From positions 2,232,001 to 2,296,000 of the forward strand of contig OZ218951.1 in NCBI GenBank assembly GCA_965112735.1: a stretch of DNA of 64,000 nt. Reading direction: 5' to 3'. This document shows positions 12,218 to 24,367 of this stretch, in pieces. The stretch is from Phaeosaccion multiseriatum (taxonomy: Eukaryota; Protista; Ochrophyta, other classes). The notes beneath the pieces are model-generated. The model was not told the DNA's origin. It saw nothing but the letters and a program-made list of their open reading frames with translations, and searched no databases. Numbering within the stretch: position 1 is the first letter of the stretch; each line of letters begins with the position of its first letter. Made by a program: the position numbers and the translations under genes.

Positions 12218-13171
12218 CGAGCTCGACACGATGGTGGAGACGAGCGAGCAGTAAGTCAGCGTCCTCCAGCGGTGAAAAAGGCACGCCAAGTAGCATAGCA
12301 AGCAACGGCGACGCCCATGTTTGATTGTGAGGACTGAGGGAGCCTCCTACTCCTCCTCCACTCTCATCACAGGCCGCTTGGGGGCCATCACCCTCCGCTC
12401 GCCTATGTTGACCTGTGGCTTCTTCCTGGCTGCTGGGGGGCCGCCCCCCCCAGACCCGAAGGACAGCAGGCAGCTTGATCCCTTGGCTGAGTGCGGCTAG
12501 TTTTGTTTATGCTGAAAGGCCCTCTTGGCTAACCGTCATGTCAGCCAGTCCAACCGTCAACATGAGGGGGCGTGAGGAGGAGTAAATCGGCTCCATTTCA
12601 CCGCAGCCTCCTACTGGCTCTTCATGCAAGTGCTTTGAAGCACCTTTTGCCACCCCTTTTGGCACCAAACAGGGGGCAGGGGTTTTTTTTTCTTGGGATG
12701 AGGAGCTTGTTCGTCATCGATCGTCAGCGGAGTGTTTTTTGGAAGGGAATGGCAGAATTGAAAATATCATTGACTTACGAAACCAAAAAAACTTAGGGGG
12801 GAGCAGTAGCCGCTCTCCACGATGTGCGGGGAGTTGGCCGCCCTAACTGAACTGCATGGACGCGTGGAAGGTCGCTTGTGGTGGTGAGCTGGGTCTTGGT
12901 CGGGCATAATCACAGCGGCGATCTCTGAGGGACGTGCATGTGAGAAAAAAAGAGCCGGTTCCTTCGGTATTCGGGAAAGGAGAGAAAACTCCATCCCCTG
13001 CAGTGAAAACCTTTGCATTTTTTGAGGGTGGGAAGGCACTGCTCCCGCTGTGCTGGTGCGGAAAGGCCTCTTCCATGTAGCATACGAGCAGCAGAGAACG
13101 CAGCATCAGATTCGAGTGGAACTTTGGTCTCCCTTTTTCTCTCTTCTCTCTGAGGACTTGGCGGAGCGAGG

Positions 13172-16100
13172 ATGACGACTACTCTCCCTCTAGCTCCGCC
13201 GGGGAGAGCGGAAGGTGAGTGGAAAGAGGAAGCAGGCGACGGCAAAGACGGCCTCACACCCCATCCTCACTCAAACACGCCCTTCACTCAATGCTTCCTT
13301 CTTTAGGTTCGGTGTTTCTTTTATACGCCCGGTGCTCAAATTTCTGGCCCTCCCATGATCTACAGCGCCTTTACTTGTTCTCGTTGTGCACCTGGACTGC
13401 TGCTGCGGCCGCTCTTGTCAATTCATGCGATCTCATGATACACCTTGTCCTTTGTCAATACTTTATACCAACCTGTTCTTCCCCCTTTCCCCTCAACCGC
13501 AGTGCGAGTTGCAATCGCCAAGCTCGCCATCACATGGACGTTCGTGATGCTGGGGCTCTTCGTCTTCCTCCCATGGACCTACCGGCGGAGGAGGACACTG
13601 GGGATGCGCTTCCGCTCCCCCTACCTCCTGCTCTTTGTGGGGCTCATCAATCTCTTTGACTTGATGGCCAACAGCACCACCAGCACCATGGACCCGCTGT
13701 TCCACAAAAGACCCAACTACCATCTCGTTCTTGCACTCGTGTACTTCCGCACTTGGACCTTCGTGGGGGGCTATATCGCGCGAGCGTTTCGCCTGCTCGT
13801 CAACTACTACCCCCTCCTGCGCAAATGGGCACACCCCGTGCTGCTGCGGGAGAGAAACCTCATCGCCGGGCTGGTGGGGGTGGGGCTGTTTGTCTTCATG
13901 CCCATCCCTCTCTACAACAAACAGGACATTTTCAACATACGCAGCTCCAACTGGCTGATTTTGGAGTACCTTTTTTTCTCAAGTGAGTCATCAAGTTGGG
14001 CCCTTCCTTGTTGTTGTTGGGTAGTTGGGTCTGGAGGCAGGGCACAAGAGACACAACACTGCAGCATGCATGAGCATTTCCACTCCGATGAACTCCACCC
14101 CCCGCCCGCCCCCCCCCCTTAAGTCCCCTTCTCCTCTACTCTCCTTCCCTTACTCTTTTCCCCCGAGTCTGGCTGCGAGACTTCCCGTGCACCCTCCTCA
14201 CGCATTCACTCGCCCCGTCCTTCCCGCTCCCCATCCCCCTCTCCCTCCCCCTTTCTCCTGCTGTCCCGTGCCCTAGTGATCCTGTTGTTGCTGTGCATGG
14301 TCCCATTCCTCTTGCTGATAGACGACATCTACCATCTCGCCAGAGAGATGATATTGGTCGCCGCCGGATACTCTCTCTTGGTCTTCACGTACCGCCTTGT
14401 GTCGGAGATGGCCTTGGAAGCGATTAATAGGGGTGAGTCCCTCGCATCCGATACCTACCTCACCGGCTCGCTCCTCTTCCCCCCCTCCCTTCCTGTGGTG
14501 TATCCCCCCCTGTCCCCCCCGCATCATGTGGCTCCCCCCTCTCCCTTTCCCAGCGCCTCCCGCTAAGCTCTCTCTCTCTCTCCGTGCCCCTCCCTCTCCT
14601 CTTCGTTCTCGCCGTTCCTCCCTCTCTTACCCGCTCCTCTCTTCTCTTTCTCAGGCGACTATGATAGTAACTGGCTTCAGGCCTTCAAGTGGCTCATCGG
14701 GCATCGTAACCTCCAAATCGTTCTGTCGATGATCTTCTTTTTTGTTTCCAATATGTTGCCCCTGCTCCAAACGCTCCGTAAGAGCAGTGGCAAGAGGAGC
14801 GGGGTGTGTGGGGGTGCTGCGTCTGTGGGCTCTTTTTCTTCGTCTAAAGCCGCCGTGACCCAGTCCAGGCACAAGCAGCGGCAGCAGCAGCAGGAGGAGG
14901 AGGGTACGACAGGTGGAAGTACTTACGGAGGAGGGAGAGAGGATAGTGTGGCCAGCGCCCAAGAAGAGGAGGAGAGGGAATTTCTTGTTTTACTGGAGCG
15001 GTGGGGAAGCCTCGCGGCTCTCAATGCCGCTCCCGCCATGCGAGAGGCTTTTGCTGACTTTGCGTTTCGAGCCCTGTGCCACGAGGATATCCTCTTCTTG
15101 CATGCAGGTAAAGACATGCAGTGAGTGGGTTAGGGGGGGGGGGGGGGGGGGGAGACACACACAAGCACACCTACATGCACACCTACATGCACACATACAC
15201 ACACCGCACACATGGAGAGAATCGGACGCTTGCTCCTGCAGAGCTTCGGTTTATTTTATTAGGAAGGTAGCCCTATGAACGAGCGTGGTGAAGCATGCCT
15301 GTGTATGTGTAACTTACCGCCTACTCGCCTGTGCCCTTCGTTCTTTCTCTCTCCTCCTCTTTCTCCTTCCCCTGCTCGTCCTTCTCCTCTTCCTCTTTCT
15401 CCTCCTCCTCCTCCTCTCCCACCACCACCTCCAACCCCCCTCCCCCTCTTTGTTTCCTTGCCTCCTATTCCGCCCTTTGGCGACGCCTATCTGCAGTGGA
15501 TCACTACAACACGCACATGCGGACGGTGTGGCGGTTGGACGGCAACAGCCTGGAGATGCAGGCGGGCTGTGTGAAGGCCATCGTTGAGTACTTCCTTCGC
15601 TCATCGAGTCGCTACCCCGTGGCCTTTCTTGACGAAAGCACCCGGACCGACGTTATTTCAGCGCAGGACAGATTTCCCTTTCTGCAGCGCAGTCAGAGGG
15701 AACAGATCTTCGACAAGTAAGAGGGAGTGGACACGAAACTATGATAAAGATTTGGTTTCTTGTTTCTTATGACCCTGCTGCTGCTCTATCATCCTCTCAT
15801 TTGCTGCTTAGTTGATTGCTTCCTCGCTTGCTTGACTTGTGGCTGCTTCCTGGTGTGCCACGTGTCCCTTCCTGCACAGGGCCTACTGCAGCGTCACAGA
15901 GGGGTTGGAACAGAACGTCGTGCAACGCTTCATCGTCACGCCTGAGTGTAAGCAGGCCACACTCGTTGCCGAGGAGGAGGAGCAGCGGCGGGGGGGTCGG
16001 GGAGGGGAGGGGGGAGGGGAGGGCGGAGGGGAGGGGGAGGGAAGGGAGTCAGGGTTTGGGTGGGATAGAAGGAAGGCGGAGAGTACTCACCAGCGGATGC

Positions 16101-17794
16101 CCAGCCAGACGCACGAGGTTACAGGCACAGGGGGAGAGAGCAGCAGGGGTAGCAGGGGCAGCAGGGGCAGCAGGGGCAGCATCAGGGGCGACTCGTGGCT
16201 GGGGCAAATGGTCCGCGCACGGGGAAGAGGCTCTGAGAACGGGGCCGTTGTTACAAATTTGGGCTCTTCAGTCCTCCTCCCCACCTCCTCCACCCGGCAA
16301 GCACGCCATCACTATCAGCAAGAGCAACAGCACCAGTACCGGGAGGACGACGAGGAGGAAGGGGAAGAGGAAGAGGGGTGGGAGGAGGACGCGCGGGAGC
16401 AGGAGCAGGAGGGAGGCCATACGAACCTCACTCAGAAGGCACTTGGATTGCTGGCGACGCCCTCTTCGACGTCCAGAACTTCCCGATGGACCAACTTGAA
16501 GGGTTGGTGGGCACGGCCGCGGAGGCCCAACGAGGGGCTGGCTCTGAACCTCTACCTTGAGGGACTTGAGCATGGGGGGGGGGTGCCCACTTCCACGGCG
16601 GAGGAGGACGAGGCATCATCAGCACCCCCGACGGGGAGAGGGACAGAGGGTCAAGACAAAGCGATGGGGGTTGTGGAAGGGGACGAGGGACGGGCAAGAG
16701 GAGAAGGGCATGGAGGGCACGGGACACAAGAAGACAGGAGGAGTGGAGCGGGGGTTGAAGGGGCGGCGAGGGCAGCAGAGAAGGGGCTCGTCGATGGAAG
16801 AGCGTGGCCGTGGGACGAGGCGCGGCGACAGTGGGGGGACCCTGAAGAAGAGTCCAGAGAAGGGTCCATTTGCGCCGCAGTAGCGGTGGAGACTGCGGGC
16901 CAAGGGACAGGGGGAGGAGAGGGGAGCCAGGCAATAGGCGGAGTGAGTGGAGGAGGAGGAGGAGGAGGAGGAGGAGGAGGAGGAGGAGGAGGAGGAGGAG
17001 GAGGAGGAGGGCCTCCGTTAGGGGAAGGAAATGCTTTAGCGGGGTTACAGGAAGGGGTGCTGCGCCCCGGCGTCACAGACCGCAGTACTCTGCATCGGAG
17101 ACCTTGGTCATCGGTGGCAGCAGCGAATGTCGAACACGAATACGGAATCACTAAAAGGATGTCAGCAACAGCAGCAGTAGGAGTAGAAGGAGAAGGAGGA
17201 GAAGGAGGAGGAGGAGGAGGAGAAGCAGGGAGAAGGGAAGGGAGCGGTGGTAGTGGTGCTCGACTACTAATGACCAGTGCCATAGCCAGAGCCTTGACCA
17301 GTTCCGGCAGCGGGTACAACGGCGACTGTGGTAGCAGTAGCGGGAGCAGTCGCGAGGAGGAGGAGGAGGAGGAGGAGGAGGAGGAGGAGGACGAGGAGGA
17401 GGAGGAGGAGGAGGAGGAGGAGGAGTCCCACGCTTGCTCCAATTGCAACGATGATTGCCTCGACCACCACCACAAGCAGCAGCAATTGGTGATGCAGCAG
17501 CAGCAGCAACAACAACAACAACAGCGGTTGGTGAAACAGCACCAGCAGACTGTGTATGCTCACACTACAGCGCCTCCGGCGCTGCCGCCGCAGGCTGTCG
17601 GCCAAGACCAATGTCACTTCGAGCCACAACCGTACCGCTGTCGGTGGCAGCAGCAGCAGGAGGAGCTGCAGCGGCGGGGCACAAGCAAGCGGACGCTTCG
17701 CGATCTGTTTCCAGGCCGATATACCGGCGGCCTTGCCCGGACCACCGCTCCCCCTGCTACTGCTACTGCTGCTGCTGCTGCTGCTACTGCTACG

Positions 17795-17857
<63 letters not shown>

Positions 17858-18274
17858 AGTTCTTCTACTCCTGCAACCTCTGAAGACAAGAGCGGTGCCT
17901 TCAACACGTTACCGCCTGAGGGGCGGCATGTTGGTGGTACCGGTGTTCGTAGTGTTGGCGGCTCGGAGGCGGGGCTATCATGCCTACCACTCCCTCCGCC
18001 AAAGTACTACGCCCCCTTTCTTCCCCCACCACTCATTTCTTCTTCTTCTGTCCGTCGCGAAGGTCGGGAAGAGGAGGAGGAGGAGGAGGAGGAGGAGGAG
18101 GAGGAGGAGGAGGAGGAGGAGGAGGAGGGGGAGGGGGGGGGAGGTGAAGGACAGAGCGCTCGGCAACTGGACTACCTGCTGAGGAGCCCTTCCCCACCGC
18201 CTCCCAAGAACCGGGAAAGGGTCAAGGCGGTGGTGGTGGTAAAGGAGGAGGAGAAGGAGGATATGGCCTTTTAG
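13172..18274 (+). CDS. Seven-transmembrane RGS-domain protein (7TM-RGS) with long low-complexity C-terminal tail; exons 13172-13214, 13503-13982, 14277-14432, 14655-15107, 15497-15716, 15880-18274
   Basis: Seven hydrophobic segments with RSP, R..RL and D.Y....E loop motifs. They are followed by an RGS-like box: EAFADFAFRALCHEDILFLHAVDHY...IVEYFL...IFDKAY..V...LEQNVVQRF. All introns are GT..AG and phase-consistent. The first exon is least certain. Confidence 0.8.
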
Positions 18275-19150
18275 GTATACATGTAGGTGGCTTTTGTGGA
18301 CCATCCCTTTTGTTGTATCACCACCTTACCAACAATCTGGCAACAATCTGGCAATCTGGCTCTTGTTTCTTGTTCCTTACGAGGAGGAAGGAGACTACGT
18401 CGTCTTGTAGACTTGTGACTTGTGCGTCACCAGCTTGCTACAGTTGATGGCTTTAAAAATTGTAGTTGTTGTTGTATTAGGAGAGGGGAGTGCGAGGGAG
18501 GGGAGGGGTGGTTCGGGGTTGGGTGGGGTGGACCGGTCGCACATTCGACACAGTCTCACGCCAAACGTACATACATATACATACACACTCAGCTGTACAC
18601 TATTTTATAAACCAATTCAAAAATATGTTTTAAAAAATAACTTGTGGTTCCCTTGCCGCAAGTAAGCAAAAAAGCACCCCATCGAGACACACCCACGATC
18701 CTCGTGGTTCCGATGCCGTATGTAAGTAAGTAAGTAAGCAAGCAAGAGTCCATTGAGACATTGAGACACGACCCCACAAGGCAAAGCAAAAATCCACACA
18801 GTCCACGCAAGCCCCTCATGAGTCACATGCAACGCACAAGCACGGGTACCACACGGGCAAATTCGTCTCTCCCCACCCCTCCTCTCTATCTTTCTTCCTG
18901 AAACCATTTGACACAAAGAGGCCTTTCCTTTCCCTTCTGTCCCCTCTCCTTTTGGTCCATCTTCCCTTCGGCTGCTCAACTCCACGTTGAAACGCTTCCT
19001 CCCTCCCTCCCGCCCTCCCTCCCTCCGCTCCTGTCCAGTCATGTCAGCGCTTCACTCCTCAGCTCTTCAAGCGCTTCAAGCGTTTCCGCTCAAGCTCAGG
19101 CTAAGCTCAGACTGAAACTTAAACTCAAGCTCAGGCTCAGACACAGAGGC

Positions 19151-21418
19151 TCAACTGAAGCCCCACCAGCGCTCCGTTCCCTCCATGCAAGAAATGCCGA
19201 TTTTGTCCTTGAACGTCGTGAGGAAAGACACGAGGTCGGGCTCCCCCTCCAACGCCAACGGCACCGCAAAGGGCCCTACTTGCTTCACTAACTCCCCCTC
19301 CTTCGTCCACGGACCTGCTGTCTGCCCCAGCACTCGGCCGATCTCTCGCACAAGAGCCTCTCTTGCCTTATCTCGCTTCATAGCCTCAATCGCCCCTTGC
19401 TGCCTCTCCTTCTCTGCGGCCTCTGCCTCTCTCTTGGCGAGGGCGGCTGCGGCAGCGGCGGCGGCGGCTTCCTCGGGGGTAGGGGGCACGACGCGTCCCT
19501 TCCTTCCTCCTCCTCCTCTCCCTCCATCTCCGCCTTGTCCTCTCCCCACCATGCCCCCCCCTCCTGCTTCAGCAGCGTTACCACCGCTATTGGTAGCCCT
19601 CTCTTCACCGCCACCTGCCCCTGCTGTAGAGCCGCCCAACGTCGGGAAGGCCGCTTCGTTCGCATCGTACGTCCAGGACACAATCTTCCCTCCACGTCGT
19701 GTCATCCTCACGCCTGCCACGGCACAGGCACCATTATACACACACACACCAACGAGGAGCGCAGCAGGGCGACAATTACAAGGTGTTACAAACCACACGA
19801 CACACGACACACGACACATGACACCACAGAACCCCCCTTTCCGACGATTTCACCGCCCCCCACTCACCCTCCGTCCTCCCTTCCTCTCATCTCCCGTCCC
19901 TCACTTATCCACCCACCACCCACTACTATACTGCCATGCTCCCACGAACCACCCCGGTAAGTCATCATCCACACGTCGTTTCGCCCCTCTCCTCCATCCT
20001 CACCGGCACTCTCTTGCAGCAGCTGGCGATCCGCGTCGCTGGCAGGGAAGGAAACGCCTGTCTTTGCCTTGACGAGGCTCTGCAGCTTCGTCTCAGGCAC
20101 TGCCCCACCCAAGTGCATCAGCACATCCACGCCAATCTCAGCGCAATCTTCCAACTGCGCCTTCGTCCGTGGCACATCACTTCCTCCTCCTCCTCCTCCT
20201 CCTCGAGTCTGAAGCCCCGCGGCGGCTTTGGTTCCTCCTCCTCTTGTCTTGGGTGGAGGCGCTGCTGCCGAAGATGCCACCGCTGCTTTCTTCTTCAGGG
20301 CAGCCCTACTAAGCTTGGGCTCGGGCAACGCACACACCCCCACTCCTACCCCCACCGACACCCCTCCTCCTCCTCCACCACCACCACCCCCCCCGCCCCC
20401 TCCTCCTCCTCCTCCTCCTCCTCCTACGCCACCACCACCACCCCCACCAGCTCCTCCATCCGCTGCACCGATGCGGTACTTCTTCTTCTTGGGCATCTTG
20501 ATGCACCCCCCAACGTGATTCACCGCGAACATCCCCACACTCTGACGACTCCCAAATAACATCTCGAGGGTCTCTGGGCTGGGATCAAAGCCCACCACCG
20601 CCTCCACCTTACTCTGCAGCGCCTTCTCCTCCGCCCACTTCTTTGCCCCCTTGCCGCCACCGCCAATCATATCCGCCGCTCCCATCTCCCACAGCGCCTC
20701 CTCAATCGCTCGTTTGAGATTGTCTCGGTGCAAATCTGCGTCATTCGGGTCGAGCACATGATACACCACCCCCCGGCCCGCCTGTGCAGCAGACTGCTTC
20801 CCTTGCGAACTGCACATGATGCCGGGAATGCTCTTGATGAACTTGTGCACGTTCTTGTGTGCTGCATTGCTAATGATCGAAACTGTCGCGTTGGTCAAAG
20901 GTAGCCCCACCCAATCGCGAAACTCCGGCGCCAATTCCTTCTCCGTCTGTCCTCCCCTCGCCGTAATGGCCCCCACAATCACTCCCCGGGCCCTGTTCTC
21001 CGCCTCCTGAGCACTACTCTCCAGCGCCCATAGCCCGCCGGAGAAGGCCTTGACATCCGGTAAGCTCTGCAGAAATTGCTTGGAGAGCACCGCATCCCAG
21101 TTGGTCGTGCCCCCTCCCCCTCCACCACCACCCGCCGAGGCCTCTTGCCCTTGCAGCGCTTTCTTCATGTCCTGCAAAGTCATGAAGCCTCCGCTGTCCT
21201 GCAGAATCATGAGCACTTGTCGAGCCTTCTCATTGTTGCCCCTTCCTCCTCCTCCTCCTCCTCCTCCTCCTCCTCCTCCTCCTCCTCCTCCTCCTCCTCG
21301 TGCTGCTGTCTTCCCACTGGACATGCTCCCAGCAAGGGCGTCCATCTCCGCAACTCCTCCATTGTGTCCCTCATACCCGCCGTTGCTGTAGCCGTTCCTA
21401 CCACAGCCAAGACCATTC

Positions 21419-21457
<39 letters not shown>

Positions 21458-22860
21458 TGCCCATATGACTGCTGCTGCAGTCCATATGACTGCTGCTGCT
21501 GCCCATATGGCTGCTGCTGCTGCTCGTGTTGCTGCTGCTGGCGAGAGTCGCCCCCCCCTCTTCCACCCCTCACGTCCCTGGCGTCTTGCCGTCCCCCAAA
21601 TGGAACCGCTCCACCGCCTCCGCCACCCTGCTGCTGCCCATATTGCTGCTGCTGCTGCTGCTGCTGCTGCCGCCTACCCTTTGGTTGCTGTTGCTGCTGA
21701 TACTGATTTTCGCCACCACCTCCCCTGCCGCCTCTAATATTGGACTGCTGTCGCCCATGCTGCTGCCCTTGCTGCTGCTGCTGTCCATATGACTGCTGTT
21801 GCCCGTGACCTCTTCCTCCGCCACCGAAGCATTCGCTTTCGCTTTCGTTGTCGAACCTCCCTCGCCCCGCGCGCCCGCCTTCCTGCCCATATGACTGCTG
21901 CTGGCCAAAGCCAAACGCCCCCCTTCCTCCTCCCTGAGACTGGTACCCTCCCTGCTGCCCTCCATGTTGCCCTCCCTGTTGCTGCTGCTGCTGGCCATAC
22001 GAGCTCTGAGGCGGCGCTTGCTGTCGGACGTTTCGGAAATCCCCCCCGTTCGCTGCCACCCCCCCCCAGTCTCCTCCTCCTCCTCCTCCTCCTCCTCCTC
22101 CTCCTCCTCCTCCTCCTCCTCCTCCTCCTCCTCCTCCTCGTCCTCCTCCTTCTCCTCCCTGCACCTTTTGACCCCTCGGCCAAATCTTCCTCGGGGCGGG
22201 CGGCTTGTAGGCAATGCTCTCCTCCTCCCCTTCCTCCCCACCGCCATTAACTCTACCCTCCTCCTCTTTCCGTAACGCCTCCAGCTCCTCGTCCCGCAGC
22301 CTCGCCGTCTCTTGATCGAGCTCGGCGTCCGTAAAGCCAAAGAGCTTCTGCAGCATCTTCACCAGCGAGGCCTGTGGCTCCATGGTCTCTTCCAACCTAA
22401 CGCACTCCCTATCGAAGCGCTTGGCGCCCTCCATCTTCTCTCCACTGAGGCTGTGTGGCAGCAGCGCGGTGCGCACGGTAATCCCGAAGGTCATGAGCGC
22501 CAACGCGAGCCAGTTCTCACCAGGGGGAAGCACGGTGATGCCCTCGGCCTTGGCGCCTCCTTTCTCAAGATCAAGCATGTTTCCGGCGACGGCGTACAAA
22601 ATCTCGGACTGGTGTGATTGAAGATATATATATATATATATATCGCGCAAAAGAGGGAGGGGGCGGGAGAAGCACACGGAACATTGGGCAGAGAATGGAT
22701 GGCATACAAAGCATATTGAGGCACAAGAAGGGGGGGGGGGGGGCACGAAAGAGAGAGAGAGGGTACATAAAATACACGTTCAAAAACCAAACCGAACGCT
22801 TCAGCTCGCTGCCAAGTACCTCGGGGACAGGCAAACAAACAAAGAACCGAAGTCATGATG

Positions 22861-22899
<39 letters not shown>

Positions 22900-22994
22900 A
22901 CAGGCAGGCAGACAGGCAGACAGACAGGCAGACAGGCAGACAAGACAGGCAGACAGACAGACAGACAGGCAGACAGACAGACAGACAGACAGGG

Positions 22995-23045
<51 letters not shown>

Positions 23046-24319
23046 GAGGCGCAGGTCTCGAAGAGTACTGTCCGACGCAAGCGAATTTAATTATCTTCCC
23101 CCTCCGCTCTTCCCACTTTCACATTGAAAAAACCCCTCCCCTCCTTTTACACATTGAAGAAAAAAAAACTCTCTCCTCTTTTTCCATTGATAAAAGCACC
23201 TCCTCTCCTTTTATCACATCGAAAAAAAGCCCCTCTCCTCCTCTTTCACACTACGTACAGCTCCTCCCCTCCCCTCCCCTCCCCTCCCCTCCTCTTCCAC
23301 GCATCGTACCTTGTTCTGATGAATGGCGGCGGCCGCCAGAGAGTTCCTGGGCATGTACACAGTCCCACCACGCTCCGATATAGGCGAGCAGGCCCACTGC
23401 GGCACGGGCACACTCAGCTTGATGTTTAAGGTGCCCTTGCCGCGGTCCAGGCGGTCTGAGGGAGGGAGAGGAGGGGGGAGGGAGGGAGGGAGGGAGGGAG
23501 GGAGGGAGGGAGGGAGGGAGGGAGGGAGGGAGGGAGGGAGGGAGGGAGGGAGGAGCTTAGGTATTACGGGTGTGCTCCAAAGTAAGTACAAAGGAAGAAG
23601 GAAGGAGTTAAGAGAGAAATAAGAAGGAGAAGAAGGGGAGCAGACAAAAGACACTCACGCAAAAACAAACCCAAAAACACACACACACACACACGCCGAC
23701 ACGCACACGCACACGCACACACAGCATCCATCCCTTCATTCCTTCCTTCGCTCCCTCACCTGCCCACAGATGGAACATCCTGTCCCTGTTCCCCGAGGCC
23801 ATCTGCCCCACGATTCGAGCTCCGAGGGGAATGTCATCCACCAGCGGAGTGCCCCTCCACAGAGGACCATCTGAGCCCTTCACCCCACCACCCCCACGGA
23901 GTCCTTTCTTCCCTCCTCCTCCGCTGCCCTGGGGGTTGAGTATGGCCCCTTCGGGAAGGGCGTCCGCAGGGAAGACGAGCTGCTGCTTGTTGTCGCCCTT
24001 CTGCACGTGAATCTCATTAGCATGCACACCCAACAGGTGCCCGAGTTGGTTCTGGTTGGCAGGGATGCCCGACAGCACGGCGTTCATGTCGGATGGGTTG
24101 ACAATCACACCAATGGCAGAGCTCAGCACGTCCAGCAGCACCTACAGGGTAAGTAAGGGTAAGTAAGACAGGGCAGTTTTCAGTTGTCAGTTGTCAGTTT
24201 ATGTCACCTTATCAATATCGAACACCATAAATGGAATCGATATTAGGGGGGGACACGGTGAGGAGGAGCAGACTGTGGTTTGATGGATCGAGCGAGCCGT
24301 CTATAATCATATACACACC

Positions 24320-24367
<48 letters not shown>

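Noticed and set aside
12231-12256. ATGGTGGAGACGAGCGAGCA|GTAAGT as first coding exon of the 7TM-RGS gene
   Set aside because: It ends in phase 2, while the 13503 exon needs phase 1. The 13172-13214 exon fits instead. It may be a 5' UTR exon or uORF.
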